Shown piece by piece: positions 26,113-40,872 of a stretch of 64,000 nt of DNA. The notes beneath the pieces were generated by a model, which was not told where the DNA came from, ran no database searches, and was given only the letters and a program-made list of their open reading frames with translations. The translations under genes were made by a program, and so were the position numbers. Within the stretch, counting starts at the first letter, position 1; every line of letters begins with the position of its first letter. Source of the stretch: Eledone cirrhosa (lineage: Eukaryota); the NCBI GenBank assembly GCA_964016885.1, contig OZ024746.1, positions 1,116,001-1,180,000 of the forward strand, given 5' to 3'.

Positions 26113-27864
26113 ATGTATCTGCCTGGGTGAGTTCTGTGTCCTATGTGGCTGCCTGGGTGAGTTCTGTGTCCTATGTGGCTGCCTGGGTGAGTTCTGTGTC
26201 CTATGTATCTGCCTGGGTGAGTTCTGTGTCCTATGTATCTGCCTGGGTGAGTTCTGTGTCCTATGTGGCTGCCTGGGTGAGTCCTGTGTCCTATGTATCT
26301 GCCTGGGTGAGTTCTGTGTCCTATGTATCTGCCTGGGTGAGTTCTGTGTCCTATGTATCTGCCTGGGTGAGTTCTGTGTCCTATGTGGCTGCCTGGGTGA
26401 GTTCTGTGTCCTATGTATCTGCCTGGGTGAGTTCTGTGTCCTATGTATCTGCCTGGGTGAGTTCTGTGTCCTATGTATCTGCCTGGGTGAGTTCTGTGTC
26501 CTATGTGGCTGCCTGGGTGAGTTCTGTGTCCTATGTGGCTGCCTGGGTGAGTTCTGTGTCCTATGTGGCTGCCTGGGTGAGTTCTGTGTCCTATGTGACT
26601 TCCTGGGTGAGTTCTGTGTCCTATGTATCTGCCTGGGTGAGTTCTGTGTCCTATGTATCTGCCTGGGTGAGTTCTGTGTCCTATGTATCTGCCTGGGTGA
26701 GTTCTGTGTCCTATGTATCTGCCTGGGTGAGTTCTGTGTCCTATGTGGCTGCCTGGGTGAGTTCTGTGTCCTATGTATCTGCCTGGGTGAGTTCTGTGTC
26801 CTATGTATCTGCCTGGGTGAGTTCTGTGTCCTATGTGGCTGCCTGGGTGAGTTCTGTGTCCTATGTATCTGCCTGGGTGAGTTCTGTGTCCTGTGTATCT
26901 GCCTGGGTGAGTTCTGTGTCCTATGTATCTGCCTGGGTGAGTTCTGTGTCCTATGTGGCTGCCTGGGTGAGTTCTGTGTCCTATGTGACTGCCTGGGTGA
27001 GTTCTGTGTCCTATGTATCTGCCTGGGTGAGTTCTGTGTCCTATGTGGCTGCCTGGGTGAGTTCTGTGTCCTATGTGGCTGCCTGGGTGAGTTCTGTGTC
27101 CTATGTATCTGCCTGGGTGAGTTCTGTGTCCTATGTGGCTGCCTGGGTGAGTTCTGTGTCCTATGTGGCTGCCTGGGTGAGTTCTGTGTCCTATGTGGCT
27201 GCCTGGGTGAGTTCTGTGTCCTATGTATCTGCCTGGGTGAGTTCTGTGTCCTGTGTATCTGCCTGGGTGAGTTCTGTGTCCTATGTATCTGCCTGGGTGA
27301 GTTCTGTGTCCTATGTGGCTGCCTGGGTGAGTTCTGTTTCTTATGTGGCTGCCTGGGTGAGTTCTGTGTCCTATGTATCTGCCTGGGTGAGTTCTGTGTC
27401 CTATGTATCTGCCTGGGTGAGTTCTGTGTCCTATGTGGCTGCCTGGGTGAGTTCTGTGTCCTATGTGGCTGCCTGGGTGAGTTCTGTGTCCTATGTATCT
27501 GCCTGGGTGAGTTCTGTGTCCTATGTGGCTGCCTGGGTGAGTTCTGTGTCTTATGTGGCTGCCTGGGTGAGTTCTGTGTCCTATGTGGCTGCCTGGGTGA
27601 GTTCTGTGTCTTATGTGGCTGCCTGGGTGAGTTCTGTGTCCTATGTGGCTGCCTGGGTGAGTTCTGTGTCCTATGTATCTGCCTGGGTGAGTTCTGTGTC
27701 CTATGTGGCTGCCTGGGTGAGTTCTGTGTCCTATGTGGCTGCCTGGGTGAGTTCTGTGTCCTATGTGGCTGCCTGGGTGAGTTCTGTGTCCTATGTATCT
27801 GCCTGGGTGAGTTCTGTGTCCTATGTGGCTGCCTGGGTGAGTTGTGTGTCCTATGTGGCTGCCT
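26113..27864. repeat. 30-bp minisatellite, ~58 copies, two main variants
   Basis: atgt(at/gg)ctgcctgggtgagttctgtgtcct. Confidence 0.98.
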
Positions 27865-28885
27865 AGTTTACCTTAATATCAGCACCGGACCTACCATAGT
27901 CTCGGGTCTATTGAAGACTTGGGAGTGAAATTTAAGAAGAAGTAAATTATGTGGAAAGCTATCAGTTGAACTATACATGTAATTCAATGGAACGGTTTTG
28001 TCAGCCAAAGCCTCATGCTGCTTCTGTCACACAATTTCATTAAGTGTACACGTGTCTGTTGAATCCTCACCTACTTACACCTGCGTAGCATTTAAACAGC
28101 AGCCTATGAATGATCAGGGCTGGCGTTATCATTAAGGCCAACGAGGCAGCAATAACACCTCAGACAAGTCACTGAACTTTAAATACGCGTAGTTAAATAT
28201 ATAAACATTTCCTACAATCTTTGCCCCGTAGTTGGATTGTGGAATTCTCCAAATTGGTGGAGAGCGTCGTATGGTTTTATGATATGGGTGAATGTGGACT
28301 GTATAGTGGAAAAATCTTAACGTGGTCAAAGCAAAATGTGTCAAAAACTAGGTTTGTCAGCTTGCTACTCTGTAAGTTGAAAGTATTTTATTTGGGAGAA
28401 TGGGTCAAAAATTGTACGGCTAGCCGAGGGTTACGCCTTAAAGAGAATTTCGGCTCTGACGTCACGCCTTAAAGAGAATTTCGTTGATTTAACTGTAAAT
28501 GTTGCCCTGATGACTCACACGTGCGCAGAGTTTAGCCGGGACCTTAAGAGGTTGCATCTCGTAGAAAGGGGTTGTTGTTTTAATGATAAGAGCCCAATAT
28601 TATCACGTCATCATTTTCCGGGTGACAGCAAGCAGGATTTGAAATGAGAAAGTGTAGAAAGTACCGAGAGGTACCGCAGCAAGGCAGCAACATAAAAAAA
28701 AACACACGGAGATCGAAGCTGTGACAATACCGCCAATGTATCACACAAGACATGTATTCATCAATTTAGGAAGGGAGGCAGTGTTGACATAGGCGAGGTT
28801 TGAACTCAGAGTACAGAGAGTCGGATCAACGTTCAAACGACTATCAATTTGACAGCTTGAACAACTGAGATATTAACCATTGAAA

Positions 28886-28954
<69 letters not shown>

Positions 28955-28957
28955 GTC

Positions 28958-29200
28958 AAGGCGTGTGGCTGTGGTTAGAGAATTGGATTCACAATATTGA
29001 AGTTGTGAGTTCGATTCCTGGACCGGACGATGCGTTATGTCCTTGAGCAAGACACTGGACAACCTGGAGTTGCGACCGATAGATAGTGTTAGCAACTGGA
29101 AAGACCAACGGAAACATTGTTTCCTCGGTCCGATTTGACGGAAGTTGATCGACGTGTAGGGTGGTTGATTTTTGAAGCATTTGGATATTGGAACTCTAAA
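28958..29200 (+). mobile_element. tRNA-derived CORE-type SINE
   Basis: A box tggctgtggttag, B box gagttcgattcc, gtccttgagcaagacact core; inverted copy at 44466-44672. Confidence 0.8.
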
Positions 29201-29729
29201 GACAGAGCAGTGACAGGGAAGAAGGGGACTAGATAGTAAACCCGTCTCCAGGAGCAGTTTACCCGCTTTCTTCAACTATGAGGGTTATAAAATATTATTA
29301 TAGTTATCACCATTGTGGCGTCTACAAGTGTATGTGTGTGTGTGCCTATATATATGTGTGTGTGTGTATATATATATATGTATGTGTGTGTGTATATGTA
29401 ATGTGTGTGTATGTGTGCTTATATCTGTGCATACACTAATGGACTATAAGATGGAAACAGACATAGGGGTAGAGAAGGAGAGAGGGGCAGAGAAAGGGAG
29501 AGGAAGGGAGAGATAGAGAAGGAGAGGGAGAGAGGAAGAGAGAGGGAGATAGGGAGAGAGAGAGAGGAAGAGAGAGAGAGGGGGAGAGAGAGAGGAAGAG
29601 AGAGAGAGAAACCTATCATAAGTGTATTATGTACATAAATATATCAATCATATATCATACATATATATATAAACTTTTATACACAGACACACAATATATA
29701 TATATATACTTATATACATACACACACAC

Positions 29730-29776
<47 letters not shown>

Positions 29777-29880
29777 CATTTATAAAATATGTGAAATGTG
29801 CGAAGGCGTCTATATATATTTGTGAGGCAATGCATTGGGAGTTTGTATTAGTTTTTGAATGGACTTGTGTATATATCAAT

Positions 29881-29961
<81 letters not shown>

Positions 29962-30377
29962 TAAATACATACACACATATATGCATCAACACACACACTT
30001 TATTAATGCTAAATAGTGAGTCTTGTTACTCTAATTCGGTATTGTGTACTCTTTTCTCTCAGCCGTTAGCCACATGTGTGTGTGTATATATTATATATAT
30101 ATATATAGACATGTATATACATAAGACATACTCACACAGCCATATATATATATATATATACACACACACATGTATAAACATGAGATATACTCACTCACAG
30201 CCATATATTATATACATTACGTGCGAGTAATGACAATTTTAGGTAGTACACGCTATCAGAAAGATTTCATTTGTCACACAATCCTCCGCACATACGTTTA
30301 CCTTACAGGTGGCAAGGAGAGGCCACCTACTCTTAATTTATCATGTTTTACACTGATGTTTTTATTAGTAATACTAT

Positions 30378-30720
30378 TACTCTCTGGTTCCAAATAATAG
30401 GGGTGGGGGATAAACGGGGAGTGGGCTGGAAAGTCGGTAATGTTTCTAGGTTGATTCCGTTGATGTGTTTTAAAAACCAGAATTAGTCGTTTAGTTTACA
30501 TATTTAGACCCCAACCCATCCTATTTATTTTATAACATGGGATTTCTAGTAATGTACTTTTTTTGTCATGTATAATATTTTTTAATGTCTAAAGAAAATT
30601 GTCACAGAAATGCTGCTACTTAAAATAAAATTTCGCGTAGATAGATAGATTAATAAAATTTATTGGGGGTGGAAATTTAATAAGCGGGGGGAGGTGGCAT
30701 TTATTGGAGATCCGAGAGTA
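30378..30720. mobile_element. MITE with TACTCTC…GAGAGTA termini
   Basis: Terminal inverted repeats with TA at the ends; body homologous to 778-1135. Confidence 0.6.
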
Positions 30721-31216
30721 GGTCCCTAGAAAGAGTTGACATGGCCGGTATTAGAACTTTAAGTCCTCAGTTCCAAACTCGTCGAGGTCGACTAAGCTTT
30801 TCATCATTCAGGGCTCGATAACATAATAATAACAATTCTATACTGGAATCAATATAATCGATTTTCCTTTCTTCTCGAATTATTGGCCTTCTGTCTATTG
30901 TGTATCAAATATGTGTTTTATTTTGGATAGTTATATAAACATAACACACACAAACATAAATATATATATATTCAAACATACATAATTGTGTGTATATGTC
31001 TGAATATATGAAGGTATGTACGAGAATATAGATCTGGATACATTGTCTGAAAGTAAAGCAGTCTAGTCATGCCTGGAACGCTTTGATTATAGAACTGCTC
31101 GATCGAAACAGACACACAGACACACACATATATACACACACACACACATACATTTCTCAATACATCGTCTGACATATCTGTATATAATATTCATAGAGTT
31201 CAATACCGTAGAGCTG

Positions 31217-34000
31217 TTATATAAAATATAACGTAGTTATATAGAATATAAGGTAGTTATATAGAATATAAGGTAGTTATATAGAATATAAGGTAGTTAT
31301 ATAGAATATAAGGTAGTTATATAGAATATAAGGTAGTTATATAGAATATAAGGTAGTTATATAGAATATAAGGTAGTTATATAGAATATAAGGTAGTAAT
31401 ATAAAATATAAGGTAGTTATATAGAATATAAGGTAGTTATATAGAATATAAGGTAGTAATATAGAATATAAGGTAGTAATATAAAATATAAGGTAGTTAT
31501 ATAGAATATAAGGTAGTTATATAGAATATAAGGTAGTTATATAGAATATAAGGTAGTTATATAGAATATAAGGTAGTTATATAGAATATAAGGTAGTAAT
31601 ATAGAATATAAGGTAGTAATATAAAATATAAGGTAGTTATATAGAATATAAGGTAGTTATATAGAATATAAGGTAGTTATATAGAATATAAGGTAGTTAT
31701 ATAAAATATAAGGTAGTTATATAGAATATAAGAGAGTTATATAGAATATAAGGTAGTTAGTTATATAGAATATAAGGTAGTTAGTTATATAGAATATAAG
31801 GTAGTTATATAAAATATAAGGTAGTTATATAGAATATAAGGTAGTTATATAAAATATAAGAGAGTTATATAAAATATAAGGTAGTTATATAAAATATAAG
31901 ATAGTTATATAAAATATAAGGTAGTTATATAAAATATAAGGTAGTTATATAGAATATAATGTAGTTATATAGAATATAAGATAGTTATATAAAATATAAG
32001 ATAGTTATATAAAATATAAGATAGTTATATAAAATATAAGGCAGTTATATAGAATATAATGTAGTTATATAAAATATAAAAGAGTTATATAAAATATAAA
32101 GTAGTTATATAAAATATAAGATAGTTATATAAAATATAAGATAGTTATATAAAATATAAGGTAGTTATATAAAATATAAGAGAGTTATATAAAATATAAG
32201 AGAGCTATATAAAATATAAGAGAGTTATATAAAATATAAGGTAGTTATATAAAATATAAGATAGTTATATAAAATATAAGGTAGTTATATAAAATATAAG
32301 GTAGTTATATAAAATATAAGGTAGTTATATAAAATATAAGGCAGTTATATAGAATATAAGGTAGTTAGTTATATAGAATATAAGGTAGTTATATAAAATA
32401 TAAGGTAGTTATATAAAATATAAGGCAGTTATATAGAATATAAGGTAGTTAGTTATATAAAATATAAGATAGTTATATAGAATATAAGGTAGTTATATAG
32501 AATATAAGGTAGTTATATAGAATATAAGGTAGTTATATAGAATATAAGATAGTTATATAAAATATAAGATAGTTATATAAAATATAAGGCAGTTATATAG
32601 AATATAAGGTAGTTATATAAAATATAAGATAGTTATATAAAATATAAGAGAGTTATATAAAATATAAGGTAGTTATATAAAATATAAGATAGTTATATAA
32701 AATATAAGATAGTTATATAAAATATAAGGTAGTTATATAAAATATAAGATAGTTATATAAAATATAAGGTAGTTATATAAAATATAAGGTAGTTATATAA
32801 AATATAAGGCAGTTATATAGAATATAAGGTAGTTAGTTATATAGAATATAAGGTAGTTATATAAAATATAAGGTAGTTATATAAAATATAAGGCAGTTAT
32901 ATAGAATATAAGGTAGTTAGTTATATAAAATATAAGATAGTTATATAGAATATAAGGTAGTTATATAGAATATAAGGTAGTTATATAGAATATAAGGTAG
33001 TTATATAGAATATAAGATAGTTATATAAAATATAAGATAGTTATATAAAATATAAGGCAGTTATATAGAATATAAGGTAGTTATATAAAATATAAGATAG
33101 TTATATAAAATATAAGAGAGTTATATAAAATATAAGGTAGTTATATAAAATATAAGATAGTTATATAAAATATAAGATAGTTATATAAAATATAAGGTAG
33201 TTATATAAAATATAAGATAGTTATATAAAATATAAGGTAGTTATATAAAATATAAGGTAGTTATATAAAATATAAGGCAGTTATATAGAATATAAGGTAG
33301 TTAGTTATATAGAATATAAGGTAGTTATATAAAATATAAGGTAGTTATATAAAATATAAGGCAGTTATATAGAATATAAGGTAGTTAGTTATATAAAATA
33401 TAAGATAGTTATATAGAATATAAGGTAGTTATATAGAATATAAGGTAGTTATATAGAATATAAGGTAGTTATATAGAATATAAGATAGTTATATAAAATA
33501 TAAGATAGTTATATAAAATATAAGGCAGTTATATAGAATATAAGGTAGTTATATAAAATATAAGATAGTTATATAAAATATAAGAGAGTTATATAAAATA
33601 TAAGGTAGTTATATAAAATATAAGATAGTTATATAAAATATAAGATAGTTATATAAAATATAAGATAGTTATATAAAATATAAGATAGTTATATAAAATA
33701 TAAGATAATTATATAAAATATAAGATAGTTATATAAAATATAAGAGAGTTATATAAAATATAAGGTAGTTATATAAAATATAAGATAGTTATATAAAATA
33801 TAAGAGACTTATATAAAATATAAGGTAGTTATATAAAATATAAGAGAGTTATATAAAATATAAGATAGTTATATAAAATATAAGATAGTTATATAAAATA
33901 TAAGAGAGTTATATAAAATATAAGGTAGTTATATAAAATATAAGATAGTTATATAAAATATAAGAGAGTTATATAAAATATAAGGTAGTTATATAAAATA
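31217..34000. repeat. 20-bp AT-rich satellite with a 468-bp higher-order repeat
   Basis: aggtagttatatagaatata; marker gtagttagtt at 32361, 32829 and 33297. Confidence 0.97.
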
Positions 34001-34080
34001 CAGAAAATACTGCAAATATATAGAATTATTCTTTAAATTCAATTAATATATTTTAAATTAAATATTTATAATTTCCGTAG

Positions 34081-34124
<44 letters not shown>

Positions 34125-34525
34125 TTTACATGTAATACAATGGCCCATGTATGCATATTATGTACCTACAAATGTGTGACTACGCCGTTTATCTTGTTTG
34201 TTTCTCTCTACCCCCTCTCTCTGTCTCTCTCTACCCCCTCTCTAGTAGCAGTAGTGGTGGTGGTGGTAGTAGTGGTGATGGTGGTTGTAGTAGTAGTTGT
34301 AGTAACAGTGGGAAGGAGAGAAGTGCTTCCTGGCTGAAAGTATTTCGTTACACCTCACTGACTTACTATTTACCTGTATCAAGTAGAAAGAGACTCCACC
34401 TGATCCTCTCTAAACACCTTTAATTACAAATATTACACCTTCACAAATTCTGTGAACATTTTTATTTGAAACATCACAATTTCTGAAATCTTTCAAACAA
34501 AAGTGACGTTTAATTTACTTCCATA

Positions 34526-37500
34526 AACATAACACTTACACACACTCATATATACATAACACTTACACACACTCATATATACATAACACTTACACACACT
34601 CATATATACATAACACTTACACACACTCATATACATAACACTTACACACACTCATATATACATAACACTTACACACACTCATATATACATAACACTTACA
34701 CACACTCATACATACATAACACTTACACACACTCATACATACATAACACTTACACACACTCATATATACATAACACTTACACACACTCATACATACATAA
34801 CACTTACCCACACTCATACATACATAACACTTACACACACTCATATATACATAACACTTACACCCACTCATACATACATAATACTTACACACACTCATAC
34901 ATACATAATACTTACACACACTCATACATACATAACACTTACACACACTCATATATACATAACACTTACACACACTCATATATACATAACACTTACACAC
35001 ACTCATACATACATAACACTTACACACACTCATACATACATAACACTTACACACACTCATATATACATAACACTTACACACACTCATATATACATAACAC
35101 TTACACACACTCATATATACATAACACTTACACACACTCATACATACATAACACTTACACACACTCATACATACATAACACTTACACACACTCATATATA
35201 CATAATACTTACACACACTCATACATACATAATACTTACACACACTCATACATACATAACACTTACACACACTCATATATACATAATACTTACACACACT
35301 CATACATACATAATACTTACACACACTCATACATACATAACACTTACACACACTCATATATACATAACACTTACACACACTCATATATACATAACACTTA
35401 TACACACTCATACATACATAACACTTACACACTCATACATACATAACACTTACACACACTCATATATACATAACACTTACACACACTCATATATACATAA
35501 CACTTACACACACTCATATATACATAACACTTACACACACTCATACATACAAAACACTTACCCACACTCATATATACATAACACTTACCCACACTCATAT
35601 ATACATAACACTTACACACACTCATACATACATAATACTTACACACACTCATACATACATAATACTTACACACACTCATACATACATAATACTTACACAC
35701 ACTCATACATACATAACACTTACACACACTCATATATACATAACACTTACACACACTCATACATACATAACACTTACACACACTCATACATACATAACAC
35801 TTACACACACTCATATATACATAACACTTACACACACTCATATATACATAACACTTACACACACTCATACATACATAACACTTACACACACTCATATATA
35901 CATAATACTTACACACACTCATACATACATAATACTTACACACACTCATACATACATAACACTTACACACACTCATATATACATAATACTTACACACACT
36001 CATACATACATAACACTTACACACACTCATACATACATAACACTTACACACACTCATATATACATAACACTTACACACACTCATATATACATAACACTTA
36101 CACACACTCATATATACATAATACTTACACACACTCATACATACATAATATTTACACACACTCATATATACATAACATTTACACACACTCATATATACAT
36201 AATACTTACACACACTCATACATACATAATACTTACACACACTCATACATACATAATACTTACACACACTCATATATACATAACACTTACACACACTCAT
36301 ATATACATAACACTTACACACACTCATATATACATAACACTTACACACACTCATACATACATAACACTTACACACACATATATACATAACACTTACACAC
36401 ACTCATATATACATAACACTTACACACACTCATATATACATAACACTTACACACACTCATATATACATAACACTTACACACACTCATATATACATAACAC
36501 TTACACACACTCATACATACATAACACTTACACACACTCATATATACATAATACTTACACACACTCATACATACATAACACTTACACACACTCGTATATA
36601 CATAATACTTACACACACTCATACATACATAATACTTACACACACTCATACATACATAACACTTACACACACTCATACATACATAACACTTACACACACT
36701 CATACATACATAACACTTACACACTCATATATACATAATACTTACACACACTCATACATACATAATACTTACACACACTCATACATACATAATACTTACA
36801 CACACTCATACATACATAATACTTACACACACTCATACATACATAATACTTACACACACTCATACATACATAATACTTACACACACTCATACATACATAA
36901 TACTTACACACACTCATACATACATAATACTTACACACACTCATACATACATAACACTTACACACACTCATACATACATAACACTTACACACACTCATAC
37001 ATACATAACACTTACACACACTCATACATACATAACACTTACACACACTCATATATACATAACACTTACACACACTCATATATACATAACACTTACACAC
37101 ACTCATATATACATAATACTTACACACACTCATACATACATAATATTTACACACACTCATACATACATAACACTTACACACACTCGTATATACATAATAC
37201 TTACACACTCATACATACATAATACTTACACACACTCATACATACATAACACTTACACACACTCATACATACATAACACTTACACACACTCATACATACA
37301 TAACACTTACACACACTCATACATACATAACACTTACACACACTCATACATACATAACACTTACACACACTCATACATACATAATACTTACACACACTCA
37401 TACATACATAATACTTACACACACTCATACATACATAATACTTACACACACTCATACATACATAATACTTACACACACTCATACATACATAATACTTACA

Positions 37501-37763
37501 CACACTCATACATACATAATACTTACACACACTCATACATACATAATACTTACACACACTCATACATACATAATACTTACACACACTCATACATACATAA
37601 TACTTACACACACTCATACATACATAATACTTACACACACTCATACATACATAATACTTACACACACTCTTACATACATAACACTTACACACTCATACAT
37701 ACATAACACTTACACACTCATACATACATAATACTTACACACACTCATACATACATAATACTT
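34526..37763. repeat. 27-bp minisatellite, ~120 copies
   Basis: acataa(c/t)acttacacacactcata(t/c)at. Confidence 0.97.
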
Positions 37764-37933
37764 AGGAGGCTATTGTGAAAGGGTAGAGATGTTACCTTTA
37801 CAGGGGAGGTAGAGCTGTTACCTTTACAGGGGAGGTAGGACCACTGCAATAACTGAATCTGAGAGGGAAATATGTTGAATAAAATCATAATTAACTGATC
37901 CTCCTGTATTTTCTTTTACCCAAAGCTATACAC

Positions 37934-37979
<46 letters not shown>

Positions 37980-38391
37980 GCACGCACGCACGCACGCACA
38001 CACACACATACATACTTACATACATACATTCACTTATACAAGAATAAAAAGTTAGTTATATTACTAAATCCCATTAAATTCTTAATTTGACAATCATAGG
38101 TAGTCTTTAGAAATATGGTAACGAAAGGGCTAAAGTGTTGATATTTATCTTACAAATCTTCATAATTTTATATAAAAACATTTAATTTATGTTCCCAAAA
38201 CCACGAAAATATCATCAAAGTTATTCAACTTCTGAAATTCTCTACCAAAATCTTGAATTAGTTATATCACATCTTTGCAACTGTGAGCCTAACATGTACA
38301 ATTAGAACCATCTTAGAAATATTCACCTTAGATTGAAAATATCACAACTCCACAAATATCCTCAAAAACCATAAAATGAATATATATATAT

Positions 38392-38665
38392 GGTCCCGTA
38401 ACTCCTTAGAGTCGTAAGGACGTGTATTCACATACGGCGTCTCTGGGGCATTTTAAGCCTGGCGCAGCTCATCCATCTCCAGGCCTGAGTACAGCTGATT
38501 TCTTCCAGAGAGAGGGAGAATTGACACCAGTACTACACTGGTACTTTTCTTATCGACCTCAAAAGGATGAAAGGCAAAGTTGATCTGGGCGAGATTTGAA
38601 CTCAGAGAGCTGAAACGAATACCATAAAACATTCTACCGGACGTTCTAACGACTTTTGCAATTCG
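38392..38665 (-). mobile_element. SINE variant with an extended 3' region; second copy at 42677-42985
   Basis: ggtcccgtaact…cggcgt…cctggc…ctgagtacagc…ttcttccagagagag followed by the SINE core in both copies. Confidence 0.65.
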
Positions 38666-38710
38666 ACGATATAGATATATATATATATATATATATAAAA
38701 TATTTAAAAA

Positions 38711-38899
38711 ATAATTGTTTCTACTTTTGGCACAAGGCCAGTAATTACCCAGTACATTACTGGTACTTTATTTAACGACCCCGTAAGGATGAAAGGCAAA
38801 GTCAACCTCGGCGGGATTTGAACTCAGGCCGTAAAGGGACGTAACTATGCTGGAAAGCATGGCGTCCGACCCTCTACCGATACTGCCAATCCACCGCCC
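38711..38899 (-). mobile_element. tRNA-SINE, near-identical to 1791-1990
   Basis: Reverse-complement match over almost the whole length. Confidence 0.88.
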
Positions 38900-39253
38900 T
38901 TTATTATTAAAAAAATAATGAATAAAACAATGAAACAGTTCCTTATATTAAACAAAAAAAGTTCATTATTTAACGATCGTTTCTAGGACATATATGTGTT
39001 AGAATTGGCATGCATATTCAAAAGATCTATGTACAAAATTATACAAAATTATACAAACTATCAAATAGAATATACATACCAACACATACATATGCCGTCT
39101 TCAGAAATAATTTATCTTGACTCTGTATTCCGTTTATCTTTCACCGAAAGTGATTTTTGAATGCATCTCTTCTTTCCATGATATCCGGATTACATTGAGT
39201 TCTTCATACGGATTGGACACTACCGTAAACTTTTGGTAGATTTATCTACATAT

Positions 39254-39289
<36 letters not shown>

Positions 39290-39319
39290 AGGATTAAACT
39301 TGTATTAAACTATATATAC

Positions 39320-39475
39320 ATTGGTTTCTGAATTAGGCAGAAGGCCAATAATTTTGGAGAAGAGGAAAGTCGATTAAATCCACCCCAGTACATTACTGGT
39401 ACTTTATTTTATCAACCTCGTAAGTATGAAAGGCAAAGTTAACCTCGGCATGATTTGAACTTAGATCGTAAAGGG
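39320..39475 (-). mobile_element. tRNA-SINE copy, 5'-truncated
   Basis: ccagtacattactggtactttattttatcaacc…atgaaaggcaaagttaacctcggc…atttgaac. Confidence 0.75.
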
Positions 39476-39739
39476 TCCCGGTCCTGTGTTCTCAGTTCAA
39501 ACCCTTTTAAGGCCCCCTTTGTCTTTCATCTGTTCTGTGTCAATAAAGGAAGTACCAGTCTGGTACAGTCCGCTCTCCTACCTAGGTGTGCCAAAAGATG
39601 AAGGGAGAAGGAGTTGACCCAAGTGCATGTCTGCTCGTGAGGGCCTCTACATTAAAACACTTAGTGAAAGCATAGTACATACTATCAAATCATTTGTGAT
39701 TGCATGTGGCTGTCATGTGTTTTTCAATATTCTTTTTTT

Positions 39740-40020
39740 TCTTCTTCGTCCGCTTATTCCTGAGGGGTCAAACACTCCTTCCACCAGATCCTGTCAAAAG
39801 CAACCATTTCCAACTGATCCGGCTGGATCTCCCAGCGAGACCAGCCAAGCTCATAGATGTTATCCAACCATTTTACTCGGGTCTACTCCTGGGTCTCCTG
39901 TCGGTTTGTTTTACCCGTAAAATCTGTCCAGTGATTCTTTCCTGAGACATTCTACCCACATGTCCATAGTATCAGAGCTGTGATCTCTCAATTCGGAGAA
40001 GTAGTGGTTCTACCTGGAGT
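39740..40020 (-). mobile_element. Decayed RTE (Expander/Rex3-like) 3' end
   Basis: Minus-strand translation LQVEPLLLRIERSQL*YYGHVGRMSQERI…RRPRSRP. Confidence 0.75.
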
Positions 40021-40214
40021 GGCTCAATATTCGATAAACTAAAATAATCTTTAGCTAGTCTCAATTTATTCATTCGATTCTATAAATATCTCCCCCTGAC
40101 GAGGTTGTTCTATCCGAAACGTTTTATTTTTTATCTTCCAGCATTGCAAAATAACTTATTCCGCTGAAAATTGTATTTCATGAGGCAACTCTACATAGAT
40201 CCACGAAAGGGTCT

Positions 40215-40872
40215 TGTATATGAGACAACGATGTCGTAGTGTACACGAGGCCACGAGATGGTGGTGTACATGAGACAACGAGAGGTTCGTGTACATGAGG
40301 CAACGAGAGGGTCGTGTACATGAGGAAACAAGAGGGTCGTGTACATGAGGAAACAAGAGGGTCGTATACGTGAAGCAACGAGATGGTGTTATACATGAGG
40401 CAACGAGATGGTCGTGTATGAGACAACGAGATGGTCGTGTACATGAGACAATGAGATGGTGGTGTACATGAGACAACGAGATGGTCGTGAACATGAGGCA
40501 ACGAGATGGTGGTATACATGAGTCATCGAGAGGGTCGTGTACATGAGTCATCGAGAGGGTCGTGTACATCAGTCATGGAGAGGGTTGTGTACACGAGTCA
40601 TCGAGAGGGTCGTGTACATGAAGCAACGAGAGGGTCGTGTACATGAAGCAACGAGAGGGTTGTGTACATGAAGCAACGAGAGGGTTGTGTACATGAAGCA
40701 ACGAGAGGGTTGTGTACATGAAGCAACGAGAGGGTCGTGTACATGAAGCAACGAGAGGGTCGTGTACATGAGGCAATGGGAGGGTCGTGTACATGAGGCC
40801 ACGAGAGGGTAGTGTACATGAGGCCACGAGAGGGTAGTGTACATGAAACCACGAGAGGGTCATGTATACGAG
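40215..40872. repeat. 25-bp minisatellite, ~26 copies, most homogeneous at 40610-40770
   Basis: gtacatgaagcaacgagagggtcgt. Confidence 0.92.

Noticed and set aside
26076-27866. 596-aa (VSSVSYVAAW)n ORF as a standalone gene
   Set aside because: Pure 30-bp repeat with no unique coding flanks; retained only as a splice-site hypothesis.
34617-37692. Cys/Tyr-rich (VCKCYVCMS)n ORFs resembling metallothionein or keratin-associated proteins
   Set aside because: 27-bp satellite; 2-bp deletions repeatedly break the frame.
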